A stretch of 11,326 nucleotides of DNA, from the NCBI GenBank assembly GCA_040752575.1, contig JBFMGK010000035.1, positions 1-11,326 of the forward strand, given 5' to 3'. Position 1 is the stretch's first letter; the number at the start of each line of letters is the position of its first letter. Under the pieces are notes generated by a model. The model was not told where the DNA came from and made no database searches. It saw only the letters and a program-made list of their open reading frames with translations. Both the position numbers and the translations under genes were made by a program. This DNA is from Candidatus Bipolaricaulota bacterium (GTDB lineage: Bacteria > Bipolaricaulota > Bipolaricaulia > UBA7950 > UBA9294). Shown here piece by piece: positions 1 through 7,803 of this stretch.

Positions 1-49
1 ACAAGTCGGAACAGCTCGCGGGTGCGTTTTGTTGCCATGCGCAAGGCAT
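1..49 (-). CDS. possible 5' end of a divergent gene running off the left edge
   Basis: Minus strand has GGGGGAGCT-ATG (ATG at 49), the same 13-nt context as the start at 10186. An alternative ATG at 38 in another frame gives MATKRTRELFRL. Too short to assign frame or product. Confidence 0.3.
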   Translation of the reverse strand, partial: MPCAWQQNAPASCSDL

Positions 50-95
50 AGCTCCCCCATCGTCGTCCGTCAAGGGCGGGCCGCGCCGCGTCGCT

Positions 96-120
96 TATAA
101 TGGGCGTGGGGCGAGAGGAG
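96..120 (+). promoter_or_regulatory. putative -10 box (TATAAT) and RBS of the GNAT gene
   Basis: Perfect TATAAT at 96-101 in very GC-rich DNA and GAGGAG at 115-120 before ATG 124. No convincing -35. Confidence 0.45.
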
Positions 121-123
121 AGT

Positions 124-1284
124 ATGGGGTTCAGCGTCGAGCAGTTCGGGTTGGGAGATCGGCGGCTTGCCGACTTCGTGCGCGTTCCGTGGGTGTTGTT
201 TCGCGGCGATCCGTGCTGGACGCCGCCTCTGCGTGCGGAACTCCTGGGCAACCGCCTCCTCGGAATCGAGGGCTTGCTGACAGAGGCGCATCCCTATCAT
301 CGGCACGCCGACGTGACGCACTTCCTCGCGCGAGACGGACGGCGGCTGCTTGGCCGTGTCTCCGCCGCGGTCAATCACCGCCTTAACGATCACAACCACA
401 CCGGCGTGGGGTTCTTCGGCTTCTACGATGCCTGCGACGACGACGAAGTGTCGCACGCGCTCCTGTCCGCCGCCGAGGCCTGGGTGCGCGAGCGAGGCAT
501 GGAGACGTTCCGCGGGCCCGGTGGCTACTCCAACGCGACGCACGAACCCTATCAGGGAGTGCTCGTGGACGGGTTCGCGTACCCGCCGACGGTGGAGCTT
601 ACGCACAACCCGCCGTACTACGCCCGCCAGATGGAGTCCTACGGCCTCACGAAGGCGATGGACTACCACGCCTATCTCATTCGCACCTCGGACAAGCCGT
701 CGGCGCGACTGGCATCGATCGTGGACGCCGTGAAGCGGCGCCGGACGATCACGACACGTTGCCTGTCGATGGCCGACTTGCGTCGTGACGTCGATCTCAT
801 CGTCAAGATCTACAACGAGGCGTGGTCGGCCAATTGGGGCTTCCTGCCGCTGACCGAAGACGAAGCCGCGGCGATGGCGTCGAGCCTGAAGCTGGTCGCC
901 GATCCGGGGCTGATGCGCTTCGCCTATGTGGATGGGGAGATCGTCGCGGTCCTAGGCGCGCTTCCAGACCCCTACGTCGCGTTTCGTCCGCGCTGGAACG
1001 CGTTCAGCGATGCGGACCTCGTCCGCGCGGCGCGGCTCTTGTTGACCCGCCGACGGATCCCGAACCTGCGACTCATGTTCTTCGGAGTTCGGCCGCCGTT
1101 CCGAAAACTTGGAGTCGATGCCATTCTCTACCTCGAGGTTCTCGAGTACGCCCTGAAGAGGGGCTACGAGACGTGCGAGCCCTCGCTGCTCCTGGAGACC
1201 AACGACCTGGTGTTGCGCGCCTCCGCCTCGATGGGCGGCGAGCACTACAAGACCTGGCGGATCTACGAGAAACGCCTCGCGTAA
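124..1284 (+). CDS. GNAT-family N-acetyltransferase, YghO-like (386 aa)
   Basis: Motifs DPCWTPPL, GRVSAAVNH, GFFGFYD, THNPPYY, YNEAWSANWGFLPLT, FFGVRPPFRKLGVDA, LLETN and YKTWRIYEK match the two-domain YghO-like GNATs. Start moved to ATG 124 because of the RBS. Confidence 0.85.
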   Translation: MGFSVEQFGLGDRRLADFVRVPWVLFRGDPCWTPPLRAELLGNRLLGIEGLLTEAHPYHRHADVTHFLARDGRRLLGRVSAAVNHRLNDHNHTGVGFFGFYDACDDDEVSHALLSAAEAWVRERGMETFRGPGGYSNATHEPYQGVLVDGFAYPPTVELTHNPPYYARQMESYGLTKAMDYHAYLIRTSDKPSARLASIVDAVKRRRTITTRCLSMADLRRDVDLIVKIYNEAWSANWGFLPLTEDEAAAMASSLKLVADPGLMRFAYVDGEIVAVLGALPDPYVAFRPRWNAFSDADLVRAARLLLTRRRIPNLRLMFFGVRPPFRKLGVDAILYLEVLEYALKRGYETCEPSLLLETNDLVLRASASMGGEHYKTWRIYEKRLA

Positions 1285-1498
1285 GGCTTTCGGCTCCTGA
1301 ACGTCATCGATCCGCCTCCTGACCGGCGCCCTGCGGGGTCTCGACGGCAGTGCGGTGCTTCGCCGGATGGGGAGTTCGCGCGGGACAGTGGGGCTCGCCC
1401 CCGCGCCGCAGGAAGGGTGAGGGGCCCGGCGGGGAGCCGAGCCCCTCGAGCGAGGCCAAGTCCCGAGGAGGTACAGCGGCCTCACGTCACCTCTGTGG

Positions 1499-2284
1499 TT
1501 AGCCTCCCGTTCCGAAGCGGATCACGATGTGGAAGTGCCACTTCAGGTCCGTGCCGAAACTCCAATACCAGCCAGAGGCTGGCGTTCCGTAGTGCCATGC
1601 GCCTTCATACCAGTACCACGTTCCGCCGGGGAAGCCGACGAACGGCGGCATGAACGTGTAGCCCTGCGGAGGGTAGTACGGCTGGTAGTAGTATGGCGGA
1701 ACGTACGGCGTCGACCCGCCGGAAGGCGGCGTGTAGCCGTACGACGCCACGATGGTGAACGACGCCCAGGCCGTTGCCCAACCCGGATCGGGGACGATGC
1801 CCAGCAACTGAGCCTGGATGCCCTGCGCCGCCACGCCGGGGTTCGGTCCGACCATCGGGAACGGCTCGCTGTAGGTCGAGGGAGCCAGCGACAGCGGGAT
1901 GGGGCTCGCGAAGATCTGGAGCTGCTCGAGCCCGGTCGGTGGGTAGACGGTGAACTGATAGAGCCCATCGGGCAGAGAATGAGTCCCCGCCATGCGGTAG
2001 TTCGACGCCGAGTACGCGTTGGGGAAGACCAAGCGTACGACGCCGTCGGGCTGGATGTCGTACACGTAGATGTACGCCGCCTGCGTCACGTTGAAGAAGA
2101 TCGTGACATTCTCGCCAACGGCATACTGCGCCTTGTCCGTCCAGATCGAGACCGAAAGCGGGGAGGGCGTGGGAGTCGGCGTGATGCCGAGCGGCGCAGG
2201 GGCGCCGTTCGACAGGCCGACGAGCGACAGAGCCAGGGCCGAGAGGATCGTGAGAACGAGCGCTGTACGTTTCGTTCGGGTCAT
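1499..2284 (-). CDS. exported DUF4384 domain-containing protein (261 aa)
   Basis: Signal peptide (MTRTKR plus hydrophobic stretch). VSIWTDKAQYAVGENVTIFF...AYIYVYDIQPDGVVRLVFPN is DUF4384-like. Pro/Tyr/Trp-rich tail. GAGGTG precedes ATG 2284. Confidence 0.8.
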   Translation of the reverse strand: MTRTKRTALVLTILSALALSLVGLSNGAPAPLGITPTPTPSPLSVSIWTDKAQYAVGENVTIFFNVTQAAYIYVYDIQPDGVVRLVFPNAYSASNYRMAGTHSLPDGLYQFTVYPPTGLEQLQIFASPIPLSLAPSTYSEPFPMVGPNPGVAAQGIQAQLLGIVPDPGWATAWASFTIVASYGYTPPSGGSTPYVPPYYYQPYYPPQGYTFMPPFVGFPGGTWYWYEGAWHYGTPASGWYWSFGTDLKWHFHIVIRFGTGG

Positions 2285-2342
2285 CTTGATCACCTCGCGA
2301 GACGTACACCTGATGCGGCAGGCGGTTTCACGCCAAGACCAC

Positions 2343-2917
2343 GTAGCGGCGCGCCAGCCCGACGTCGGAGACGAGCTCCGAGGGAACGTCGGAGACGAGC
2401 TCCGACGCTACGCGGTCATGAACGTCGGAGAAACGAATCACCGTCGAGTCGGTTCTCCCCGTGGTTGTGTAGCGTCGCGGCCCAGCCCAACGTCGGCGTC
2501 CGTTGGCGACGTTGGGCGAGGCTGCAACGTGTGGAGTCGCTCGGTGATCACCGTGATCGCGAACGCCGGGGAAAGCCCCGACGCTACGCAGTCATGAACG
2601 CGGGACAAACGCATCGGACTCGAGTCGGCTCTCCCCCGTGGTCTTGTAGCGTCGGAGCTTGTCTCCGACGTTAGGAATCGGCCGGTTTCCAAGGCGATCG
2701 CGAACGTCGGGCCAAGCCCGGCCGAACGTCGGAGACAAGTTCCGCGCTAACGTCGCAGACAAGTTCCGCGCTAACGTCGCAGACAAGCTGCGACGCTACG
2801 CAGTCATGAACGTCGGGCCAAGCCCCGGCCGAGCGTTGGAGACAGGTTCCCGTTGACGTCGCAGACAAGCTGCGACGCTACGAAATCGCGAACGTCGCAG
2901 ACAAGCTGCGACGCTAC
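2343..2917. repeat. cluster of GTAG-type REP-like palindromes (BIME/REPIN-like mosaic)
   Basis: 27-nt unit GTAG-CGTCG(G/C)AG-N5-CT(C/G)CGACG-TT. Minus-strand copies at 2385-2411, 2562-2587 (variant), 2773-2799, 2855-2881 and 2891-2917, plus-strand copy at 2646-2672. Partial or degenerate copies at 2343, 2362-2381, 2469, 2725-2748 and 2749-2772. Confidence 0.85.
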
Positions 2918-2936
2918 AGGGGTTCTGTCCGGACTC

Positions 2937-3779
2937 CTACGAGATCGAACTCGGAGGCTCGTGCGCCGCGTTGCCAAGGGCGCGGACGACGACGTGAAGG
3001 TGCTCGGTCGCGTCGCGGTACGCGGGGTGGTCGCACGTCTCGGCGACAAGCCGCGTCAGGATCTCATACGCCGTAGGGTCCTCGGCGGCCATCCGCTCGA
3101 CCTCGTCGAGCATGCCGGAAGCGCAGCCCTCGACGCCGGCGTACGTGTCGACCGCAAAGCCTGCGGTGCGCAGCTCGGCGATCGCCTGCGGCGGCGTCAG
3201 AAACGCGGCCTCGGTGAAGGCCTCTTGTTCTCCGGCCTGGACGCAGTTCGAGAGGAGCTTGCGGATGTGCGGTTCGTCGCGGTACTCCGCGGGAAACTCC
3301 GTCAGGCCCGAGCGCAGGATGCCCCATGGGTTGATGAATCCGACGATCGCGGGAGCCCCGGGAACCAAGACGCGGTGCAGTTCGCGCAGCGCCGCGAGGC
3401 GATCGCTCTCTTCGACCAGGTGGTACATCGGGCCGAGGAGCAGTGCGGCGTCAAACGAGCGATCCGGAAAGGCTGACAGGTCCCGCGCGTCGCCCTGGCG
3501 GGCGTCGGCGTCGAGCCGCAGTCGCGTGAGCTCTTCGTGCGCCCGGGAGACGTTCCCCTTGGCGAGATCGACGAGCGTCATCGCGTAGCCGCGCCGCGCC
3601 AGTTCGATCGTGTAGCGTCCGGGCCCGCCGCCGATGTCGAGGACGCGTCCGCCTGGCGGGAAGTGCTCGTCGATCAGCCGAAGCGTGCTGACCCACTCGA
3701 ACGCACGATACGGCCTCGCCAGTCTGTCCCACTCCCGCTCCACGCACGCCTCGTAGTACCGCCGAACGACGTCGCTCAT
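2937..3779 (-). CDS. class I SAM-dependent methyltransferase (280 aa)
   Basis: Motif I VLDIGGGPGRY, LVDL, GDARDLS, FDAALLLGPMYHL, ALRELHRVLVPG. GGAGGGAG precedes ATG 3779. Confidence 0.9.
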   Translation of the reverse strand: MSDVVRRYYEACVEREWDRLARPYRAFEWVSTLRLIDEHFPPGGRVLDIGGGPGRYTIELARRGYAMTLVDLAKGNVSRAHEELTRLRLDADARQGDARDLSAFPDRSFDAALLLGPMYHLVEESDRLAALRELHRVLVPGAPAIVGFINPWGILRSGLTEFPAEYRDEPHIRKLLSNCVQAGEQEAFTEAAFLTPPQAIAELRTAGFAVDTYAGVEGCASGMLDEVERMAAEDPTAYEILTRLVAETCDHPAYRDATEHLHVVVRALGNAAHEPPSSIS

Positions 3780-3867
3780 GGACTCCCTCCACCGAACAGC
3801 ATAGGCGCAGGCGGGACGCGCGGCCATGTTGCCGCGGCGGGGCGCTGGGGCTACCGTCGGAGGCAAC

Positions 3868-4458
3868 ATGGTCGTCGTGGGGCTGGCGGGGCGAGCAGGA
3901 AGCGGGAAGAGCGCTGTGGCGCGACGCCTCGCCGAGCGCGCGGGCGTTGCGTGGGTAGATCTCGACCGCGTTGCGTGGGACGTCTACCGGCCGGGGACGC
4001 CGACGTTTGCCGCGCTCGTCGAGCGGTTCGGCGAGCCGATCGTTGGCCCCGACGGGACGATCGACCGCACGCGTCTCGCCGCCGCGCTCGCCGATGCGGC
4101 CGACCACCACGCCCTCGAGGAGATTGTCCATCCGGCAGTCAGCCGGGCGCTCCACACCCTACGTGCCCGGCACGAGAGAGACGGAGTCCGGGTGCTTCTC
4201 GTCGAGGGGGCGAGACTGGCCTCTTCGCCGCACGTGGACCGCGGGGCGTTCGACGCGATCATCTGGCTTCTCGTTCCGGATGCGACGCGGCGCGAGCGCC
4301 TGCGGAGAGCGTGTCGCGAGAGCCATCTCGGACGCGGTAGCGAGCCTGAACCCGGCGCCGCACTGCTGTATGTGAACGCGGAAGGTCCGGTCGACGACGT
4401 TGCCGAGCGTGTCTGGAGGGCTCTCGAGGTGCAGGGGCTCGTCACGCCTTGGCCGTAG
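3868..4458 (+). CDS. coaE: dephospho-CoA kinase (196 aa)
   Basis: N-terminal VVGLAGRAGSGKS (Walker A), DLD, FG...DGTIDRTRLA, LEEIVHPAV. GGAGG precedes ATG 3868. Confidence 0.82.
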   Translation: MVVVGLAGRAGSGKSAVARRLAERAGVAWVDLDRVAWDVYRPGTPTFAALVERFGEPIVGPDGTIDRTRLAAALADAADHHALEEIVHPAVSRALHTLRARHERDGVRVLLVEGARLASSPHVDRGAFDAIIWLLVPDATRRERLRRACRESHLGRGSEPEPGAALLYVNAEGPVDDVAERVWRALEVQGLVTPWP

Positions 4459-5785
4459 CGGTGGCGATGCGGTCGCGCTCCGCGAGAGACTGCCTCGCTG
4501 AGCGGCTACGCCACGCGAACCACCCCGTTCGCAGCCACTCGCCTACGGAGATCGATGCGAGGGCGATCGAGACGCCCGGAGCTCCAGCCCAGGCAGCGCC
4601 CGCAGCGAGGAGCGCGACGGTTGCCGCGAGGTAGATTAGAACCGCCTCGGTCAGGCTTCGGGTCTTGCGGCTGTAGACAAGGAACCCCTGGAAGTAGCTC
4701 TGCAGGGCTGCGGCCGCAGGAAGCGTCAGGGTGAGCCACAGGCCCGACTTCGCCAGGGCGGCGAGCGGACCCGAGAGGCCGGAAATCCATCCGAACCAGA
4801 TCGACGACAGCGGCGTAACGGTGATGACGACAAGCCCGGCCGTCGTCGCGAGCGCGAGAGCTCCAGCGAATCGGGCGACGGCCCGCGTCGAGCCCGGACG
4901 CCCAAGGGTGGCGATGACGACCTCGCTATAGGCGGCGCCCACGCTGCGGAACAGGAACACGAGGCCGTTGACGACAGGCAGGACGGCGAGGGACTCGAGC
5001 GGATCGGGCATCCGCCCGACGGCGGCGGTAAGGATCGGTCGGACCCCCAGCAACACGAGCGAGGTGAGGGAAAGCGGCACGTAGAAGCGGAAGAAGTCGC
5101 GCCCCGAGAGCGGCGGCCCGCCGGCATCCGCCGGGACCTGCGTCCGCAGCACGGGCCGGACCCGCAGGCCGGCGTAGGCCGCCTCCGAGAGAACCCCGGC
5201 GGCGATCGCCGCCGAGGCGACGAGCGTTCCGGGTCCTCGCAGGGCAAACCCCACGACAAGCACGACGGCATTCGCCGACAGGCGAACCACCGTCCCGATT
5301 CCCACGGTCATCGAGTGGCCGTACCGTATCAGGACGCCTTGCTGGAAACGGCGGTAGGCAATCGACCACGTCCACGGGATCATCAAGATGAGTCCAATGC
5401 GTGCCGGCTCAACCGTCTCGGCGGGTGCGCCCAGCGCTCCGACGACGACGAGGTCATACAACGGGGTCACGGCCACCAGGACGTGGATCGCTGTGAGTCC
5501 TGCCGAGAGGCGGTGCATGAAGCGTCGGATCCGCAAGTAGGCGGGGAGATCGACGCACAACGCGGTGGACGCGGCGAGCAGCATGATGATCGGCGCCTCG
5601 ATGAACATCGAGATCGGGAGGACGAGGCTTCCGAAAGCGGCGAGGTGGATCTCCGGCGCCGCCAGGCGTGCGACGACGATCGTCTGCAGCGGTCCCTCAA
5701 GGGCCATGAGCAGCCAACTCGCGGCGAGCGGCCACCACGCCGTGTAGACCTCTCGTGTCGTCAGCGCCCGTTGGACGTCGCGCAC
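4442..5785 (-). CDS. MATE/MOP-superfamily membrane protein, ANKH-like (447 aa)
   Basis: About 12 hydrophobic segments in two related halves (WWPLAASWLLMALEGPLQTIVVARL / FYVPLSLTSLVLLGVRPILTAAVGRM). AGGAGGAG precedes in-frame GTG 5785. The longer ORF extension overlaps the csp promoter and looks spurious. Confidence 0.72.
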   Translation of the reverse strand: MRDVQRALTTREVYTAWWPLAASWLLMALEGPLQTIVVARLAAPEIHLAAFGSLVLPISMFIEAPIIMLLAASTALCVDLPAYLRIRRFMHRLSAGLTAIHVLVAVTPLYDLVVVGALGAPAETVEPARIGLILMIPWTWSIAYRRFQQGVLIRYGHSMTVGIGTVVRLSANAVVLVVGFALRGPGTLVASAAIAAGVLSEAAYAGLRVRPVLRTQVPADAGGPPLSGRDFFRFYVPLSLTSLVLLGVRPILTAAVGRMPDPLESLAVLPVVNGLVFLFRSVGAAYSEVVIATLGRPGSTRAVARFAGALALATTAGLVVITVTPLSSIWFGWISGLSGPLAALAKSGLWLTLTLPAAAALQSYFQGFLVYSRKTRSLTEAVLIYLAATVALLAAGAAWAGAPGVSIALASISVGEWLRTGWFAWRSRSARQSLAERDRIATATAKA

Positions 5786-5881
5786 ACCCCCTCCTCCTGG
5801 CGAGCCGGCGAGATGGTCCTCCGCCGTGCCGGCTCCGTCCACCGGCGGCACGCGGATGCGCGGGGTGGGGGCCGGATGACC

Positions 5882-5910
5882 TTGACAAGTTGGCGCGGAG
5901 CGGGTAGATT
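5882..5910 (+). promoter_or_regulatory. sigma70-type promoter of the cold-shock gene
   Basis: TTGACA (5882-5887), 17 bp, TAGATT (5905-5910). Confidence 0.8.
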
Positions 5911-6018
5911 GCGCGCCGGTTGTTGGCATCGTGCAGCGCTTTGCAGGAGTACAGGTCATCTGGTCACACTCGAATGCTCTGCCTCGATGAATCATCCAGC
6001 AGGTAAGGAGGGGTACTC

Positions 6019-6228
6019 GTGGCAGAACGCGAAACCGGTACCGTGAAGTGGTTCAACGATACCAAAGGCTTTGGCTTCATCTCGCGCGAAAGCGGCGATG
6101 ACGTCTTCGTGCACTTCAGTGCCATCCGCGGCGAGGGCTATCGCTCGCTCGAGGAGGGTCAGAAGGTCGAATTCGTCGTCGTGTCAGGGCAGAAGGGACC
6201 CCAGGCCCAGGACGTCACCGTCATCTAG
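6019..6228 (+). CDS. cold-shock protein, CspA family (69 aa)
   Basis: GTVKWFN, RNP1 KGFGFI, RNP2 VFVHF, KGPQA. TAAGGAGG RBS, GTG start. Confidence 0.97.
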   Translation: MAERETGTVKWFNDTKGFGFISRESGDDVFVHFSAIRGEGYRSLEEGQKVEFVVVSGQKGPQAQDVTVI

Positions 6229-6252
6229 GCTGGGAATCCTCAAGCACGTGAT

Positions 6253-6291
6253 CGTGCGGCGTGGACTTGTCCGCGCCGCACGTCTCTTTGT
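6253..6291 (+). terminator. intrinsic terminator after csp
   Basis: 13-bp stem CGTGCGGCGTGGA / TCCGCGCCGCACG (one G-U), CTTG loop, followed by TCTCTTTGT. Confidence 0.75.
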
Positions 6292-6348
6292 GGGGTCGCG
6301 CGGCACCCTCGTTCGTCGTACGATTCGCCCTTGTGAAGGAGGCGGCCT

Positions 6349-6801
6349 GTGAATTCACCCCTCGTGTACGTCTTCGTGGCGTTGGCGCTTGTCCTCGGAG
6401 GTGCGGCGGCATGGCGCGCTGCGACGGCCGACTCGCTTCCCGACGTCCAGTTCTCCGCTCCGTTCAGGCCGAACGAGTCGTTCGCCGACCTCAATCTTGA
6501 GTACATCAGCCTGAAGAACGCCGAGAAGACGTCGGTCGACCTCTCGGGGTGGACGCTGTCGAACGAGTCGGGCGCCACGTTCACATTCCCCGTCGGAACG
6601 GTCATGCCCCGGGGGGCGATTTTCACGGTCTACAGCGGCTGCGCGCCCGCCGAGGCAGAAGCCCCGGCCCGCAAGATCTACTGGTGCTCGCGTAAGCCGA
6701 TCTGGCCTGACGAGATCGGGCATGCGGTTCTTCGCATGGCCGACGGAACGGTCGTCCAGGACTACCGCTACGAGTACTCCTGCTCGATCTGCGGCGACTG
6801 A
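6349..6801 (+). CDS. exported lamin tail domain (LTD) protein (150 aa)
   Basis: N-terminal hydrophobic segment. EYISLKN...VDLSGWTLSN...FTFP...TVYSG...PIW is the LTD pattern. AAGGAGG RBS, GTG start. Confidence 0.85.
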   Translation: MNSPLVYVFVALALVLGGAAAWRAATADSLPDVQFSAPFRPNESFADLNLEYISLKNAEKTSVDLSGWTLSNESGATFTFPVGTVMPRGAIFTVYSGCAPAEAEAPARKIYWCSRKPIWPDEIGHAVLRMADGTVVQDYRYEYSCSICGD

Positions 6802-6819
6802 GCGACAGATGGCTCCGAA

Positions 6820-7473
6820 TCAGGACTTCGCGCGTCTCCGCAGCGCGGCGCGCGCTACGAAGGCGCCGGCGAGCGCGGCGACGATGGCAGCGGCGCCCAG
6901 AGCAGGCTGAGCCCACGCTGAGGGCTCAGCGGTTTCCTCGGGAGTCTCTTCCGCGGACGGCGAGACGGGTGACGACGGAGCGTCCGCGACCTCCGAAGAT
7001 GCGCGCGCTGGCGTGGTCCCAGGCTCCGCGGCCGTCGGCGATGCCGCCGCGAGAGCTGACGGCGTTTCGTCCTCGCTCGCCGAGACAGGTGCCTCGGGCG
7101 ACGGCTGGATCCTCAGGGTCATCCGCAGAACGAGGCTCGGTTGGACGGGATCGTTGGATTGGACAGACACCGTCTTGACCACCGTCCCCGAAAAGCCCGT
7201 TGTGTCGACGCGCGCTGTGAGATCGACCGTTTCTCCGGGGGCGAGCTCGTTCTTCTCCAGAGTCGTTGCAGTGCAACCGCACGAGGCAAGCACTCTGGTG
7301 ATCGTGAGCGTTTCATCTCCGGTGTTTCGCAAGGTGAACGTCTTCGTCACGACCGATCCTGCCTCGACCGACGCTTCGGCGCTCAACGGAAGCGCCTCGA
7401 GCACGGGGGCCCCGAGTGCAGCGATCGACCCTCCCCAGAGAACCGCCAGAGCACAACAGACAAGCGCTTTCAC
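6820..7473 (-). CDS. DUF1573 domain protein with signal peptide and C-terminal membrane anchor (217 aa)
   Basis: FTLRNTGDETLTITRVLASCGCT...LAPGET...KTVSVQSNDP (DUF1573, Ig-like), Ala/Ser/Pro/Glu linker, TM helix and RRRAKS tail. GAGGAGGG precedes GTG 7473. Confidence 0.85.
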   Translation of the reverse strand: MKALVCCALAVLWGGSIAALGAPVLEALPLSAEASVEAGSVVTKTFTLRNTGDETLTITRVLASCGCTATTLEKNELAPGETVDLTARVDTTGFSGTVVKTVSVQSNDPVQPSLVLRMTLRIQPSPEAPVSASEDETPSALAAASPTAAEPGTTPARASSEVADAPSSPVSPSAEETPEETAEPSAWAQPALGAAAIVAALAGAFVARAALRRRAKS

Positions 7474-7519
7474 GACTCCCTCCTCCGCTTCGGCCCATGG
7501 GACCGCCGTCCTTGTGGAA

Positions 7520-7548
7520 AGCCTACCCCGCCCGAGGGAGAGGAACAA
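7520..7548 (-). promoter_or_regulatory. possible sigma70 promoter for the DUF1573 gene
   Basis: Minus strand TTGTTC, 17 bp, TAGGCT, about 45 nt upstream of the start. Confidence 0.35.
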
Positions 7549-7655
7549 ACGGCGCGCGTCCCGGGCTGTGGCAAATGGCGATCGGCGATCCGTATTGCCG
7601 ATCGCTGGGCGATTCCGCTGAGTGGATCATTGCGGAACCGCGGTCCTTCGACGGC

Positions 7656-7697
7656 GAAACGTCAAACGGGGGCCCCCAGTGGGACCCCCGCTTGACG
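7656..7697 (-). terminator. hairpin or terminator downstream of tRNA-Arg
   Basis: On the minus strand CGTCAAGCGGGGGTCCC-ACTG-GGGGCCCCCGTTTGACG forms a 17-bp stem. Its two G-U pairs work only on this strand. Followed by TTTC (short U tract). Confidence 0.65.
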
Positions 7698-7700
7698 CTG

Positions 7701-7774
7701 TACGCCCGAGAGGACTCGAACCTCTGGCCTTCGGAGCCGCAGTCCGACGCTCTAATCCACTGAGCTACGGGCGC
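7701..7774 (-). tRNA. tRNA-Arg(GCG)
   Basis: Cloverleaf: GCGCCCG TA GCTC AGTGGATTA GAGC G TCGGA CT-GCG-GC TCCGA AGGCC AGAGG TTCGAGT CCTCT CGGGCGT A. G1-U72 pair, CCA not encoded. Confidence 0.95.
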
Positions 7775-7803
7775 ATGCTTTGAGCGTCACCACATCTCCA
7801 AGA

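Noticed and set aside
1285..1498. SRP RNA or other ncRNA between convergent genes (stem 1390-1397/1438-1445)
   Set aside because: It lacks the SRP helix-8 CAGG...GGAA...AGCAG pattern, and such stems are expected at this GC content. It may simply be a terminator region.
2343..2917. CRISPR array
   Set aside because: Repeats occur in both orientations with irregular spacing, the linkers are homologous to each other rather than unique, and there are no cas genes.
2438..3049. Short ORFs across the repeat cluster (for example MSATLARNLSATLARNL)
   Set aside because: They are translations of DNA repeats in several frames, with no convincing RBS.
7577..7606. Hairpin upstream of the DUF1573 gene
   Set aside because: The stem is real, but there is no U tract or other context to assign a function.
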